This document shows positions 1 to 10,505 of a stretch of 64,000 nucleotides of DNA, in pieces. The notes under the pieces are model-generated. The model was not told the DNA's origin and ran no database searches. It worked only from the letters and a program-made list of their open reading frames with translations. The stretch is taken from positions 288,001 to 352,000 of the forward strand of contig CAWDVE010000019.1 in the NCBI GenBank assembly GCA_963805625.1, given 5' to 3'. The stretch comes from an uncultured Candidatus Rokubacteria bacterium. Its GTDB lineage: Bacteria > Methylomirabilota > Methylomirabilia > Rokubacteriales > DASRDR01. Every line of letters begins with the position of its first letter. Position 1 is the stretch's first letter. Both the position numbers and the translations under genes were made by a program.

Positions 1-210
1 CCACGAGCCCTCGGCACGGGCACGAGGCCGGCACCCCGCGCAAGCTCCCGCAGTCCGATCCCGGCCCCGATCCCGCTTCAGACGACCACTAGCTCTCCCC
101 AGCCCCCGTCGTTCCTCGACTGAGCCGCTCCATTCGGTGCGGGCATGGCTTGCCCGCGCCGTGCTCCGGAGCGCGCTCGCCCGTCCCTGTTACCGACAAG
201 GGGGAGAGTC

Positions 211-795
211 ATGGAGAGAGATCGCCAGATCGATGACCGTTCTCGCGTCCCGGGCACCGCCCGGCGTGTCCTCGTCACCGTCCACGGCCGAGAGCCCGCC
301 GGCTGGGAGCTTGAGGTGTGCCGGGCCCTGATGCTGTCGCCGCAGACGACGCTGCGGGTGCTGGCCGTGGCCGATGTGCCGTCGCCTCCGTCCGCAGCCC
401 TCCTCCCATCCGCCCGCCGGACCCGGGCGCGCGCCCGCGCCGAGTGGCAGCGGCTCGAGGAGGCGAACGTCACCCGGCGTCTCGAAGCGCTGCTGGCGGG
501 TCTGTTCGTGGTCCCGGAAGTGGTGTGGGTCCGCGTGGCGGACGCGGATGCCGGCCGGGTGATAGTCGAGCAGGCGGCCGCCTGGGGCGCCGATCTGATC
601 GTCGTCGGGGTGGATGGGACGAGCTGGCTGGAGCGACGGCTCCTCGGCGCCATCCACGAGCGGGTGGTTGCCCGTGCAGGCTGCGCCGTCCTCGTCATGC
701 CGTCGGCGGCGCGGAGCACGCTCCGGAGCTGGGGCGGCGCATCCGCCTCCGGACGCGGCAGACAGCGGGCGGCTACCGCGAAGGGAGGGGCGTGA
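211..795 (+). CDS. Universal stress protein (USP domain)
   Basis: RRVLVTVHG start, ADLIVVG, LLGAIHERVVARAGCAVLVM USP C-terminal motif; ATG at 211 after GGGGAGAG. Confidence 0.8.
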   Translation: MERDRQIDDRSRVPGTARRVLVTVHGREPAGWELEVCRALMLSPQTTLRVLAVADVPSPPSAALLPSARRTRARARAEWQRLEEANVTRRLEALLAGLFVVPEVVWVRVADADAGRVIVEQAAAWGADLIVVGVDGTSWLERRLLGAIHERVVARAGCAVLVMPSAARSTLRSWGGASASGRGRQRAATAKGGA

Positions 796-799
796 CCCG

Positions 800-1843
800 A
801 TGGCCACGCTCTTTCCGTTCGGGGAGTACTGGTGGCTGTACGCGGCCTTCACGGGCGGAGTGCTGCTCCTCCTCTTCATCGATCTCTTCCTGCTGCACCG
901 CGACGCCCACGAGGTGCGGTTCCGGGAGGCGGTGGGGTGGAGCGCGGTGTGGGTGAGCCTCGCCCTGTCCTTCAACGGAGCGCTCTACGCCTACGCGTCC
1001 TGGGCGTTCGCTCAGGATCCTCGGCTGACCGCGATCCCGGGGTTCGACCCCGAGGCGGCCGCCTGGCAGGTCGCGCTCGAGTTTCTCACCGGTTACGTGG
1101 TCGAGTACTCGCTGTCCGTGGACAACATCTTCGTGTTCGTACTGATCCTCGGCTACTTCGGCGTGCCCGCCCGATACCAGCATCGGGTGCTCTTCTACGG
1201 CATCCTGGGCGCGCTGATCTTTCGGGGGATCTTCATCTCCCTGGGCGCGATCCTCATGCAGTTCCACTGGGTGGTGTGGCTCTTCGGGATCTTCCTGATC
1301 GTCACCGGACTGCGCATGCTGCGCGCCACCGAGGAGGGGGTGGACCCCGGTCGCAACCCGCTGATCCGGCTTGTGCGCCGCGCGCTGCCGGTCACGCACG
1401 AGATGCACGGGCAGCGCTTCGTCGTGCGCCAGGACGGGCGGCTCTGGGCCACGCCGCTCCTGGTCGCGCTACTCTGCCTGGAGGCGAGCGACGTCGTATT
1501 CGCGATCGATTCGGTGCCGGCCATCTTCGCCCTGACGCGGGAGCCGTTCATCGTTTTCACGTCGAACGTCTTCGCCATCCTCGGACTCCGGTCGATGTAC
1601 TTCATGCTCGGGGGCGCGGTGGAGCGCTTTCACCTGCTGCGCTACGGGCTGGCGGTGGTGCTGGTGTTCGTCGGGCTCAAGATGGTCTGGCTGGACGCGT
1701 GGTACGGTGGCAAGTTCCCGATCGGGATCTCGCTGGCGATCATCGGGGCCGTCCTCGGCACCTCGATCATCGTGTCGCTCGCGTACCCGCGGCGAGAGGG
1801 AGCAGCCCTCGGAGGGGTACGCTCGGAGGAGGTGTCCCGATGA
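800..1843 (+). CDS. TerC/Alx family membrane protein
   Basis: EFLTGYVVEYSLSVDNIFVF, DVVFAIDSVPAIFA and FTSNVFAILGLRSMYF TerC motifs; RBS AAGGGAGG. Confidence 0.9.
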   Translation: MATLFPFGEYWWLYAAFTGGVLLLLFIDLFLLHRDAHEVRFREAVGWSAVWVSLALSFNGALYAYASWAFAQDPRLTAIPGFDPEAAAWQVALEFLTGYVVEYSLSVDNIFVFVLILGYFGVPARYQHRVLFYGILGALIFRGIFISLGAILMQFHWVVWLFGIFLIVTGLRMLRATEEGVDPGRNPLIRLVRRALPVTHEMHGQRFVVRQDGRLWATPLLVALLCLEASDVVFAIDSVPAIFALTREPFIVFTSNVFAILGLRSMYFMLGGAVERFHLLRYGLAVVLVFVGLKMVWLDAWYGGKFPIGISLAIIGAVLGTSIIVSLAYPRREGAALGGVRSEEVSR

Positions 1844-2295
1844 CGGTCAAGGAGATCATGAGTCAGCCGGTCGTCACGGTGCATGAGGACACGCTGGCCC
1901 CCGAGGTCGCGCGGGTGATGCAAGAGCGAGACATCGGGGCAGTCGTCGTGGTGGACAGCGGCGGCGGCCTGCGTGGCATCGTGACGGAGTCCGACTTCAC
2001 GGGAGTTGGGCGCTGTGTGCCCTTCTCCCTGGCCCTGGCGCCGGTCGTGTTCGGTGCGCGGGCGCCGACGATGTCCGAGCTCGAACGGATCTACGTCATG
2101 GCGCGGAAGCTCACCGCACGGCAGATCATGAGCGATCGCGTGCACACGGTGGAGGAGTCTGAGGAGGTCGGGGTAGTTGTCCACCGCATGCTCCAGCGAA
2201 ACCTCAAGCACGTGCCGGTGGTGCGGGACGGGAAGCCGGTGGGCATGCTCGCGCGCCACGACCTCCTCAAGCTGGTCGCCGCAGCGTCTCCCTGA
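1840..2295 (+). CDS. CBS-domain pair protein
   Basis: MTVKEIMSQPVVTV...GIVTESD...VPVVRDGKPVGML; ATGA overlap with the TerC stop. Confidence 0.85.
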   Translation: MTVKEIMSQPVVTVHEDTLAPEVARVMQERDIGAVVVVDSGGGLRGIVTESDFTGVGRCVPFSLALAPVVFGARAPTMSELERIYVMARKLTARQIMSDRVHTVEESEEVGVVVHRMLQRNLKHVPVVRDGKPVGMLARHDLLKLVAAASP

Positions 2296-2473
2296 CGCGG
2301 GAGGGGGGAGGCCCGGTGGCGGCGTCAGCGGGCGCATTTCGCCCGCCCGTCAGCCCGGCGCGGGATGCGGAGTCCCGGTGGCGGGCATTTGGGCCGGCCA
2401 GACCGGTGGGTCGAGCTCTGCGTCGGTGCCTGGGGCGCACGTGGGAAGCTCAGGGACTCCCGGCGCCGCACAG

Positions 2474-5400
2474 TCACTCGGCCGCGGCGGGCTCCATGAC
2501 GCTGCCGTAGCGGTGTCGTACCCGCGAGACCGTCTGCTCGCGGAGGTACCCGCGGAGCTCGAGACGGCCGTTGGCGACGACAGGGGCGTCGATGACCGTG
2601 AGGCCGACGCCATTGGCAGCGGCGCGGGCTGCGGTCGAGATCGGTTCCCAGACCCTCACGCGCTCCGCATCCTCCGGATGCGCTAGGCGCTCTACGAAGC
2701 CCGCCTCGGCTTCCACCACGAGCCTCACCCCATTGCACTCGGCCAGCCACGCCGCGGGCGGGGAATCCGGGGCGAGGCTAACCGTCAGCGGCACGCCGGC
2801 GACGCAGGCCGAGAGCGCCACTTGCGAGAGCGTGACGGCGGCCGCGGCGGTTCCGCGCACGATGACGCGCCGGCACGGTCGGTAGCGGAACGCGTTCCGC
2901 TCCCCGAGGATCTCGCCGGGATCGTGCTCGCGGCTGAAGTGGCGGCGCCACGCGCCGGCGTAGCTCGCCGCGCTGGCGCGCAGGAGCGCGCGCGCTTCGG
3001 CGTCGCGCACCTCGGCCAGGCATCGCTCCAGCAACTCGGCCAGCGGCTCCGGCAGGGGCTCGCCGCCGACGGACGGCGGCGTCACCTGGCGCCAGCGCCC
3101 GAGCTGCAGCACGTAGTTGGGGCCGCCTGCCTTCGCCCCAGGCCCCACCGAGGAGGCCTTCCAGCCGCCGAACGGCTGACGGCCCACGATCGCCCCGGTG
3201 ATCGGACGGTTGACGTAGAGAGTCCCGGCGTCGAGCCGGTCGACCCAATGCGCGATCTCGCGATCGTCCAGGGTTTGAATCCCGCTCGTGAGCCCGAACG
3301 GCGTGGCGTTCGCGAGGGCGATGGCCTGATCGAGATCCTCGGCGCGCATGAGCCCGAGCACGGGGCCGAAGCACTCCGTGCGGTGGAAGAACGACCCGGG
3401 GCGCACTCCGAGCTTGATGCCCGGCGACCAGAGCTGCGGATTGTCCCGCGCCGGCCGCGGCTCGAGCAGCCACTCCTCCCCCTCGTCGAGGACGGCCAGC
3501 CCGCGCCGGAGCGCCGCGCCCGGGGGCTGAGTGAGCGGAGTGACGCGGCTCCCGAGCTCCCACGCGCTACCCACTGCGAGGCTGGCGGCCGCGTCGCGAA
3601 GCTGGCGCCGGAAGTCCGGGTCCTCGTACACCTCCGCCTCGCAAATGGCGAGACTCGCAGCCGAGCACTTCTGGCCATTGTGGCCGAAGGCCGATCGAAC
3701 GAGATCGCGGATCGCCTGGTCCCGATCCGCGAGCGAGGTGATGATGACGGCGTTCTTCCCGCTCGTCTCCGCGAACAGGGGGAGATCGGGCCGCCAGCCG
3801 AGAAACAGGCGGGCCGTCTCCGCTGATCCGGTCAGGATGACGGCTCCGACGCGGGGATCTGTCACCAGCGCACTGCCGGTGTCGTCGTCGGGGCAGGGCA
3901 GGAACTGGAGGACATCACGCGGGACGCCGGCATCCCACAGACAGCGGGCCAGCCACCAGCCGACGAGCACCGCCTCGGGCGCCGGCTTGAGGATGACGGC
4001 GTTCCCGGCCGCCAGTGCGGCGAGGACCCCCCCGGCGGGGATGGAGAGCGGAAAGTTCCACGGTGGCGTCACGACCACGACGCCGAGCGGGTCCATGCGA
4101 CAGTCGGCGAGCTCAGCGGCCGTCTCGCGCAGCGTGCGCGCGTAGTAGCGCGCGAAGTCGACGGCCTCGGAGACCTCGGCGTCCGCCTCGGTCACCGTCT
4201 TGGCGCCGTCGAGGATCATCGCGCCGATGAGATCGCCGCGGCGCCGGTTCAGTTCGGCCGCGCACGCTTCGAGCCGAGCATCGCGCTCCGTGGCCGGATG
4301 CCCGGCCCACGCCGGCTGCGCGGCCCGGGCGACGGTGAGCGCGCGGTCGACGTCCGCAGGGCCGCCCAGTGCGTAGCGATAGGCGACGCGGCCCGGCCGC
4401 GAGGGATCGCGGCCTTCCGCCTCTCCCGCGCCGGCGCGGAATTCCCCGCCGATCTGGAGCGGGATGACCTCCGGCAAGCGCTCGCGCCAGCGGTCCGCGA
4501 CGCCCTCGATCCACGCGCGGTTCTGCGCGAGCGTCCAGTCGGTGTCGGGATCGTTCTCGAAACGGGCGTCGAGAAGCGGTGCGATGGGCCGCGCGTGTGC
4601 ATCCGTCGATCGATCTTGCGTGCGGCGAGGCGCGTCCGAAAGCGCGGTCTTGATGCCAAACGCGGCCAGGAATCGATCGCGCTCCGTGTTCCATGCCGGC
4701 GAGCCAGGCTCGAGATCGAACACGTGGCGCAGGAAGTTCTCGGGCGCCGTATTCTCGTCGAGCCGCCGGACCAGGTACGCGATGGCGCTGTGGAAGTCCT
4801 CGGCCCGGACCACGGGCGCGTAGAGCAAGAGTCCTCCGGCGCGCGCGCGCACCGCCCGTGCCTGGTGGTTAGCCATGCCCTCCAGCATCTCGAACTCGGT
4901 CCACGGCAGGACGTCGTGGGCCTCGCGCAGCACGAGCCCGTAGGCGATGTCGAAGAGGTTGTGGCTCGCGATCCCCAGGTGGACGGCTTCCGCGTGCTCT
5001 GGTCGGCAGCCGTATTCGAGCATTCGCTTGTAGTTGGCGTCGACCTCGGCCTTTGTCTCGTAGGGCGCCTGGGGCCAGCCATGCGCGGCCGCGTCGATGC
5101 GCTCCATGGCGAGGTTCGCGCCTTTGACGATGCGTAGCTTGACCGGTGCGCCGCCGCGCCTCCGACGCGCGATGGCCCATGTCGTGAGGGACCGCTGTAC
5201 GCGATGCGAGTCTGGCAGGTAGGCCTGCAGCACGATACCCGCGCTCAAGGGCAGGAACTCGGGCTCGTCCAGGACCTCTCGGAATGCCGTCACCGTGAGG
5301 TCGAGGTCTCGGTACTCTTCCATGTCGAGGTTGATGAACTTCGGAGTGACGCGTCCGTCGGGACGACGGTATCGATGGCGGGCGGCCGCCCGGTAGAGCC

Positions 5401-6034
5401 TTCGGAGGCGCTCGGTGACGTGGGCCACGGTCGGGCGAAAGGCGACGAGATCGATCTGGCTGAAGACGGACGAAACCTTCACCGAGATGTACTCGACGTC
5501 GTCGCGGGCGAGGAGCGCGAGGTACGCCTCGAGCCGGCGCGCCGCCTCCGCCTCGCCCAGGATCGCCTCGCCGAGCTGGTTGAGGTTCAGCCTCATGCCC
5601 GCCTGTCGCCGCTCCTCGAGGTATTGGCGGAGATCTTCCTCTTCGCCGGGAAGGATGACGTTCTGGGTCTCGTGGCGCAGTCGGCTCACGATGGGGGGAA
5701 CCACCAGGCTGGGGAGGTAGTGCGCCATGGCTCCGCCCAGGAGTAGCGCGGCCCGCTCCCACCAGTCCATGAACCGGGGCACCCCGTGGCGCTCGAGGAG
5801 GTAGGCGAGCTGGTCGGCAATGCGCTCGGGGCGGCGGCTCCGGAAGGCTTGATCGGCGAGCGCGATCGTCAGCTCCTTGCCATGTGGATCGGCCATCATG
5901 CGGGCGAGCTTCTTGGCCTGGGCGTGCTCTTCCGGGGTCTGCTGCGCGCGCGCCTCGCGGAGGAGTGTTTCGGCGAGCTCGACGGCGCGGTGGGCGAGGC
6001 GCTCTTCGTTCGTCGGGTCGTCCGTCGCGCGCAT
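2474..6034 (-). CDS. putA: Bifunctional proline dehydrogenase / P5C dehydrogenase
   Basis: LDMEEY, RIVKGAN, YLVRRLDEN (PRODH); PPWNFP, ETSGKN, GQKCSA, TECFGPV (ALDH). Confidence 0.95.
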   Translation of the reverse strand: MRATDDPTNEERLAHRAVELAETLLREARAQQTPEEHAQAKKLARMMADPHGKELTIALADQAFRSRRPERIADQLAYLLERHGVPRFMDWWERAALLLGGAMAHYLPSLVVPPIVSRLRHETQNVILPGEEEDLRQYLEERRQAGMRLNLNQLGEAILGEAEAARRLEAYLALLARDDVEYISVKVSSVFSQIDLVAFRPTVAHVTERLRRLYRAAARHRYRRPDGRVTPKFINLDMEEYRDLDLTVTAFREVLDEPEFLPLSAGIVLQAYLPDSHRVQRSLTTWAIARRRRGGAPVKLRIVKGANLAMERIDAAAHGWPQAPYETKAEVDANYKRMLEYGCRPEHAEAVHLGIASHNLFDIAYGLVLREAHDVLPWTEFEMLEGMANHQARAVRARAGGLLLYAPVVRAEDFHSAIAYLVRRLDENTAPENFLRHVFDLEPGSPAWNTERDRFLAAFGIKTALSDAPRRTQDRSTDAHARPIAPLLDARFENDPDTDWTLAQNRAWIEGVADRWRERLPEVIPLQIGGEFRAGAGEAEGRDPSRPGRVAYRYALGGPADVDRALTVARAAQPAWAGHPATERDARLEACAAELNRRRGDLIGAMILDGAKTVTEADAEVSEAVDFARYYARTLRETAAELADCRMDPLGVVVVTPPWNFPLSIPAGGVLAALAAGNAVILKPAPEAVLVGWWLARCLWDAGVPRDVLQFLPCPDDDTGSALVTDPRVGAVILTGSAETARLFLGWRPDLPLFAETSGKNAVIITSLADRDQAIRDLVRSAFGHNGQKCSAASLAICEAEVYEDPDFRRQLRDAAASLAVGSAWELGSRVTPLTQPPGAALRRGLAVLDEGEEWLLEPRPARDNPQLWSPGIKLGVRPGSFFHRTECFGPVLGLMRAEDLDQAIALANATPFGLTSGIQTLDDREIAHWVDRLDAGTLYVNRPITGAIVGRQPFGGWKASSVGPGAKAGGPNYVLQLGRWRQVTPPSVGGEPLPEPLAELLERCLAEVRDAEARALLRASAASYAGAWRRHFSREHDPGEILGERNAFRYRPCRRVIVRGTAAAAVTLSQVALSACVAGVPLTVSLAPDSPPAAWLAECNGVRLVVEAEAGFVERLAHPEDAERVRVWEPISTAARAAANGVGLTVIDAPVVANGRLELRGYLREQTVSRVRHRYGSVMEPAAAE

Positions 6035-6164
6035 CCCTGTTCCCGCACCCCAGTGTACGGCGCTTCAGACTTCGCTGACCGGGCCTTCCGGGCGCGAGGG
6101 ATGCATCCCGGATCCCTTCGGTCGCGGCCACGAGCCTCCCGAACTCTGATATCCTCGGCACACC

Positions 6165-7232
6165 ATGACGGCCCCGACGCCGATCATCGGCGCCTGCGCC
6201 TGGCGTGGCGAGGAGATGGCGCGCTCGACACGATGGGTCCGCCGGCTCGACGCGGCGGCCATCGCCGAGATCGACACGGCTCTCGACGCCGCCCGGTCGG
6301 CTCGGGTCCCTTGGTACGAGACCACGCGGGAGTGCTTCCCGCTCCCGGGGCTCACCGTCACGCTCGCCGAGGTGGCCCGCGAGCTCGAGGACGGCTGTGG
6401 TCTGGTGACCCTACGCGGCCTGCCGGTCGAGCGCTACACGGCCGACGAGCTCCGGCAGATCTGGTTCGGGCTCGGAAGCCACCTTGGCTACCCCGTGTTC
6501 CAGAACCGACGAGGCGAGCTGATGCGCGAGATTCGGGACGAGGGCCAGGCCGTCGGCGAGCGCTACGGTCAGATCCCGTCGGCGAGCGGCGGTCCGGGCC
6601 AGGTGCTCTCCTCGTACGCCCGCACCCTCTCGAACGGACCGCTGCGGTTCCACACGGACCGCTGCGACGTGGTCGGCCTCCTCTGCGCGAGACAGGCCCG
6701 GGCGGGCGGGGTCAGCAAGCTGGCGAGCTCCGTCGCCGTCCACAACGAGATGATCCGGTGCCGGCCGGACCTCGCAGCCCTCCTCTACCGGGACGTCTAT
6801 CGCAGCCGTTTTGGCGAGGAGGCGAGCGACCACGACGTCGTGTACCCCCTGCCGGTCTTCGGCGTGCGCGACGGCAAGTTCACCAGCCACTACTCCTTGA
6901 CCTTCATCGAGGTCGCCCAGATGGTGCCGGGGGTGCCGCCCTTGACCGCCGAGCAGCGGGAGGCGCTCGAGCTCCTGATGACGCTGGCCGACGAGCTGTC
7001 CTTCGCGATGCGCTTCGAGCCCGGCGACATGCAGCTCGTGAACAACCACGTCATCTACCACGCGCGGACCGCGTTCGAGGACGACGCCGGCAGCGGCCAC
7101 GTGCGGCTCCTCTACCGGATCTGGCTCTCGATGCCGAACAGCCGGGCGCTCCCGCCGGGCCACGAGGTGCTGTGGGGGTCGATCGACCCGGGCGCGCTCC
7201 GGGGCGGGATCGGCCAGGTCGCGGCCGTCTGA
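6165..7232 (+). CDS. TauD/TfdA family Fe(II)/2-oxoglutarate dioxygenase
   Basis: FHTD (HxD) and NNHVIYHARTAF...RLLYRIWL motifs. Confidence 0.85.
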   Translation: MTAPTPIIGACAWRGEEMARSTRWVRRLDAAAIAEIDTALDAARSARVPWYETTRECFPLPGLTVTLAEVARELEDGCGLVTLRGLPVERYTADELRQIWFGLGSHLGYPVFQNRRGELMREIRDEGQAVGERYGQIPSASGGPGQVLSSYARTLSNGPLRFHTDRCDVVGLLCARQARAGGVSKLASSVAVHNEMIRCRPDLAALLYRDVYRSRFGEEASDHDVVYPLPVFGVRDGKFTSHYSLTFIEVAQMVPGVPPLTAEQREALELLMTLADELSFAMRFEPGDMQLVNNHVIYHARTAFEDDAGSGHVRLLYRIWLSMPNSRALPPGHEVLWGSIDPGALRGGIGQVAAV

Positions 7233-7265
7233 GACACGCGTCATACCGAACGAATCCGAGGATCC

Positions 7266-7472
7266 ATGGCCGAGATCGTCGCCGCAGCGCTGACGTCCCA
7301 CGCGCCGTTCGTCACCGGGAAGCCCGACATCGGCAAGCCCGAGCAGCGCGAGCGGCTGTGCGAGGGCTTCCACGAGATCCGCCGGCGGCTTGCCGCCGCT
7401 GGCCCCGACCTGATCATGACGTTCGTGAACGAGCCCGGGCTGTCCTTGACCGGTTTCCTGCGGCCGGGCTAG
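7266..7472 (+). pseudogene. N-terminal fragment of a LigB/MhpB-type extradiol dioxygenase
   Basis: MAEIVAAALTSHAP...RLAAAGPDLIMTFVNE matches a class III dioxygenase N-terminus; frame ends after 68 aa. Confidence 0.65.
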
Positions 7473-7573
7473 TCTGACCCACCATCTGGTGATGCCGGCG
7501 CGCCGGTCAGGTTGCGGTCACGGCGCCATCGGTCGCGACAATGCGACGCTCCCCGACCAGTGAGGAAGAGCCC

Positions 7574-8671
7574 ATGGACGCACGCTCTACGACCGCTCCC
7601 CGCCCCGCCCAGGCGTTCTACGAGGCGCTGGAGCGAAACCACCTGGTGGCGCTGTGGAACGTGAACAAGAGCCTCCTCCCGAAGGAGCCGAGGAGCCGCT
7701 GCGTCCCGCATCTCTGGCGGTGGGAGACCATGCTGCCGCTGGTCCGGCAGGGAGCGGAGGTGGCGCCGCTCAGCCGGGCAGCCGAGCGCCGGGTCCTCGG
7801 CTTCATCAACCCCGGCCTGCCGGACCGGTTCGGCGCGACCCATACCCTCTGGGCGGGCTTCCAGTACGTGCTGCCCGGCGAGGTGGCGCCTGCCCACCGG
7901 CACTCGCCAGCGGCCATCCGGTTCGTCATCGAGGGCCAGGGCGCCTTCACCACGGTGGACGGCGACAAGTGCGTGATGGGGCGGGGCGACCTCGTGCTGA
8001 CGCCGCCGTGGACCTGGCACGACCACGGCAACGACAGCGACCGGCCCATGCTCTGGCTCGACGGTCTCGACCTCCCGATGGTCGGCGAGATGGAGGCGCA
8101 GTTCTACGAGCCCTTCGCCGAGGAGGCCCAGGTAATCGGGAAGTCGGTGGGGGACTCCGAGCGCCGGTACGGGATCGGCCAACTCCGGCCGACGTGGGAG
8201 ACCTGGACGGCGGCGCACTCGCCGCTCCTCAACTACAAGTGGGACCGGACAGAGGAGGCCCTGCGCCGCCTTGCGTCCGTCGCCGGCGGCGCCAGCGCAT
8301 TCGACGACGTGGCCATGGAGTACGTCAACCCCAACACCGGCGGGCCGCTGATGCCGACCATCGCCTGCTGGATCCAGCTCCTCCGTCCGGGCATTCGAAC
8401 CAAGGCCCACCGGCAGACAGGCAGCGCCGTCTACCTCGTGTTCGAGGGCCAGGGCCAGAGCGTCATCGACGGGCAACGCTTCGACTGGCGAAAGGGCGAT
8501 CTCTTCGTCGTCCCGACGTGGGCCTGGCACGAGCACGCGAGCGTCGATGGAGAGGCGATCCTCTTCTCGGTGCAGGACACGCCGATCCTGCGGGCCCTCG
8601 GCCTCCATCGCGAGCAGGCCTACCGGGAGCACGACGGCCACCAACCGGTCGCGCGCGTCTTCGAGGGGTAG
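7574..8671 (+). CDS. Gentisate 1,2-dioxygenase-like bicupin dioxygenase
   Basis: AERRVLGFINPG, APAHRH, TPPWTWHDH, WLDGLDLP, YVNPNTGG, AHRQTGSAVY, VPTWAWHEH. Confidence 0.85.
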   Translation: MDARSTTAPRPAQAFYEALERNHLVALWNVNKSLLPKEPRSRCVPHLWRWETMLPLVRQGAEVAPLSRAAERRVLGFINPGLPDRFGATHTLWAGFQYVLPGEVAPAHRHSPAAIRFVIEGQGAFTTVDGDKCVMGRGDLVLTPPWTWHDHGNDSDRPMLWLDGLDLPMVGEMEAQFYEPFAEEAQVIGKSVGDSERRYGIGQLRPTWETWTAAHSPLLNYKWDRTEEALRRLASVAGGASAFDDVAMEYVNPNTGGPLMPTIACWIQLLRPGIRTKAHRQTGSAVYLVFEGQGQSVIDGQRFDWRKGDLFVVPTWAWHEHASVDGEAILFSVQDTPILRALGLHREQAYREHDGHQPVARVFEG

Positions 8672-8676
8672 CGGCG

Positions 8677-9525
8677 GTGCGGCTCGCGGTCTTCGGCGAC
8701 AGCCGGCTTGGGCTCCTGCGGGACGGCGCGATCGTCGACGTCAGTGATCTCGTCGGGGCCGGCGGCTCGGACTGGCCTCCGGTCTTCCTCTTACGCGCGA
8801 TCGCCGACTTCGATCGGCTGGGCCCACGGCTCCTGGACGCGCTCGAGCAGCGCCCGAGCATCCCGCTCGACCGCGTGCGGCTCCAGGCGCCGGCCGTGTT
8901 CCCCAGCAAGGTCATCGCCGCTCCGGTCAACTACCGTCTCCACATCGAGGAGATGCGCCCCCTGATCAAGGGCGAGCTGCACGCGATCGAGCGCTACGGG
9001 GTCTTCCTGAAGGCCCCCTCGTCCATCGTGGGCCCGGAGGCGACCGTCGAGCTGCCGTTCCCGGATCGGCGCACGGACCACGAGGTGGAGCTGGGCGTCG
9101 TGATCGGGCGAACGGCGCGGAAGGTGGCCATGACCGACGCGATGGCCCACGTGTTCGGCTACACCGGGGTGATGGACATCACCGTGCGGGGGGACGAGGA
9201 CCGCTCGACCCGGAAGTCCTTCGACACGTTCACGCCGGTCGGGCCGGTGTTGGTGACGGCCGACGAGATTCCCGACCCGCACGCGCTCGAGCTCCAGCTT
9301 TGGGTCAACGGAGAGCGCCGCCAGCACGGCAACACCCGGGACATGATCTGGAACGTGCCGAAGCTCATCGAGTACGCCTCCCACGTCATGACGCTCAACC
9401 CCGGCGACCTGCTCTCCACCGGGACTCCGGACGGCGTGGGTCCGCTCCGGCCGGGAGACCACGTGACCATGGAGGTCGAGCGCGTCGGGCGGCTGTCAGT
9501 CAGGGTGGAGGTCCGGAAGCTCTGA
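8677..9525 (+). CDS. Fumarylacetoacetate hydrolase family protein
   Basis: FLKAPSS, DHEVELGVVIG, DITVR, KSFDTFTP, TGTPDGVG; GTG start at 8677. Confidence 0.9.
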   Translation: MRLAVFGDSRLGLLRDGAIVDVSDLVGAGGSDWPPVFLLRAIADFDRLGPRLLDALEQRPSIPLDRVRLQAPAVFPSKVIAAPVNYRLHIEEMRPLIKGELHAIERYGVFLKAPSSIVGPEATVELPFPDRRTDHEVELGVVIGRTARKVAMTDAMAHVFGYTGVMDITVRGDEDRSTRKSFDTFTPVGPVLVTADEIPDPHALELQLWVNGERRQHGNTRDMIWNVPKLIEYASHVMTLNPGDLLSTGTPDGVGPLRPGDHVTMEVERVGRLSVRVEVRKL

Positions 9526-9648
9526 AGTCGAGCGCCTCGTCCTGTCCACGGCCCGGTGGGAGTTGGGAGAGAAGCCTGAATCCGTTCGGACCACGCCGCC
9601 ATGAGCAAGTCGGGGGGGCCACGTCAGCGTTGATCGGGAGGTGGTCAA

Positions 9649-10053
9649 ATGACCATTCGCTTGGACCACACGATCGTGCCCGCGAAGGACAAGCTGGCCT
9701 CCGCCGGCTTCTTCGCCGAGATCTTCGGCTTGACGGTCAAGCCGGGCTACTTCGCGCAAGTGCAGGTCAACGAGAGCCTGACCTTGGACTTCGCCGACGA
9801 GCCAGAGCCATGGGGTGGGCCAGGGTTTGATCCCAGGACGGGCCAGAGCCACCACTATGCGTTCCACGTCAGCGAGGCGGAGTTCGAGGCGATCTTCGGC
9901 CGAGTCCAGGCCAAGGGGCTTCCCTACGGTAGCGGACCAGACCGCCACACCGATCGCAAGCTGTACAGCCGCCGGGGCGGGCGCGGGCTCTACTTCGAGG
10001 ATCCGTATGGTCACCTGCTGGAAGTCATGACCGTGCCAGAGACGGGGAGCTAG
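9649..10053 (+). CDS. VOC/glyoxalase family protein
   Basis: LDHTIV, HYAFHV, GRGLYFEDPYGHLLEVMT; RBS GGAGG. Confidence 0.85.
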   Translation: MTIRLDHTIVPAKDKLASAGFFAEIFGLTVKPGYFAQVQVNESLTLDFADEPEPWGGPGFDPRTGQSHHYAFHVSEAEFEAIFGRVQAKGLPYGSGPDRHTDRKLYSRRGGRGLYFEDPYGHLLEVMTVPETGS

Positions 10054-10505
10054 CCGAGACTGACCCGCCACCCGGCACGAGCGATGCTCTGAACCTCCTC
10101 AGGAAGGTCAGCGCTCGGGCGTGAGGCGTCCGGCTGGTACCCTCGGCGGGCGGCGACCCCGGCGATCGGTTTTCCCGATGGTCTCCCGGGCGCTGCGTCC
10201 CTCTTCTCACCTGGGCGCATCAACACGTCGTGACGGGAAGGGACATCTGGTCATGCCGACGCTGACCCTCGGGACGCCCCGCCACATCGATCGTGACCGC
10301 CGTCGGGTCGTGATCGGGCCCGCGGAGTTCCCGGTGGGGACCGGCATCTCTCGCTCGGAGGACTATGAGCCGGCACGCCGATCAAGGTCGTGGCCGCCGC
10401 GCAGGCGGCCACGAATGGGCGACCGCGATCGAGTTCGATCGCTGAGGTGCGCATCTCGCCGGTGGCGTGGGCGACCGGTGTGGGTGCCCGGAGAGGTGGC
10501 ATGGC

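Noticed and set aside
10054-10500. ORF 10121-10522 or an RNA element upstream of acr3
   Set aside because: Arg/Pro-rich translation with no motif or clear RBS, and no recognisable RNA family.
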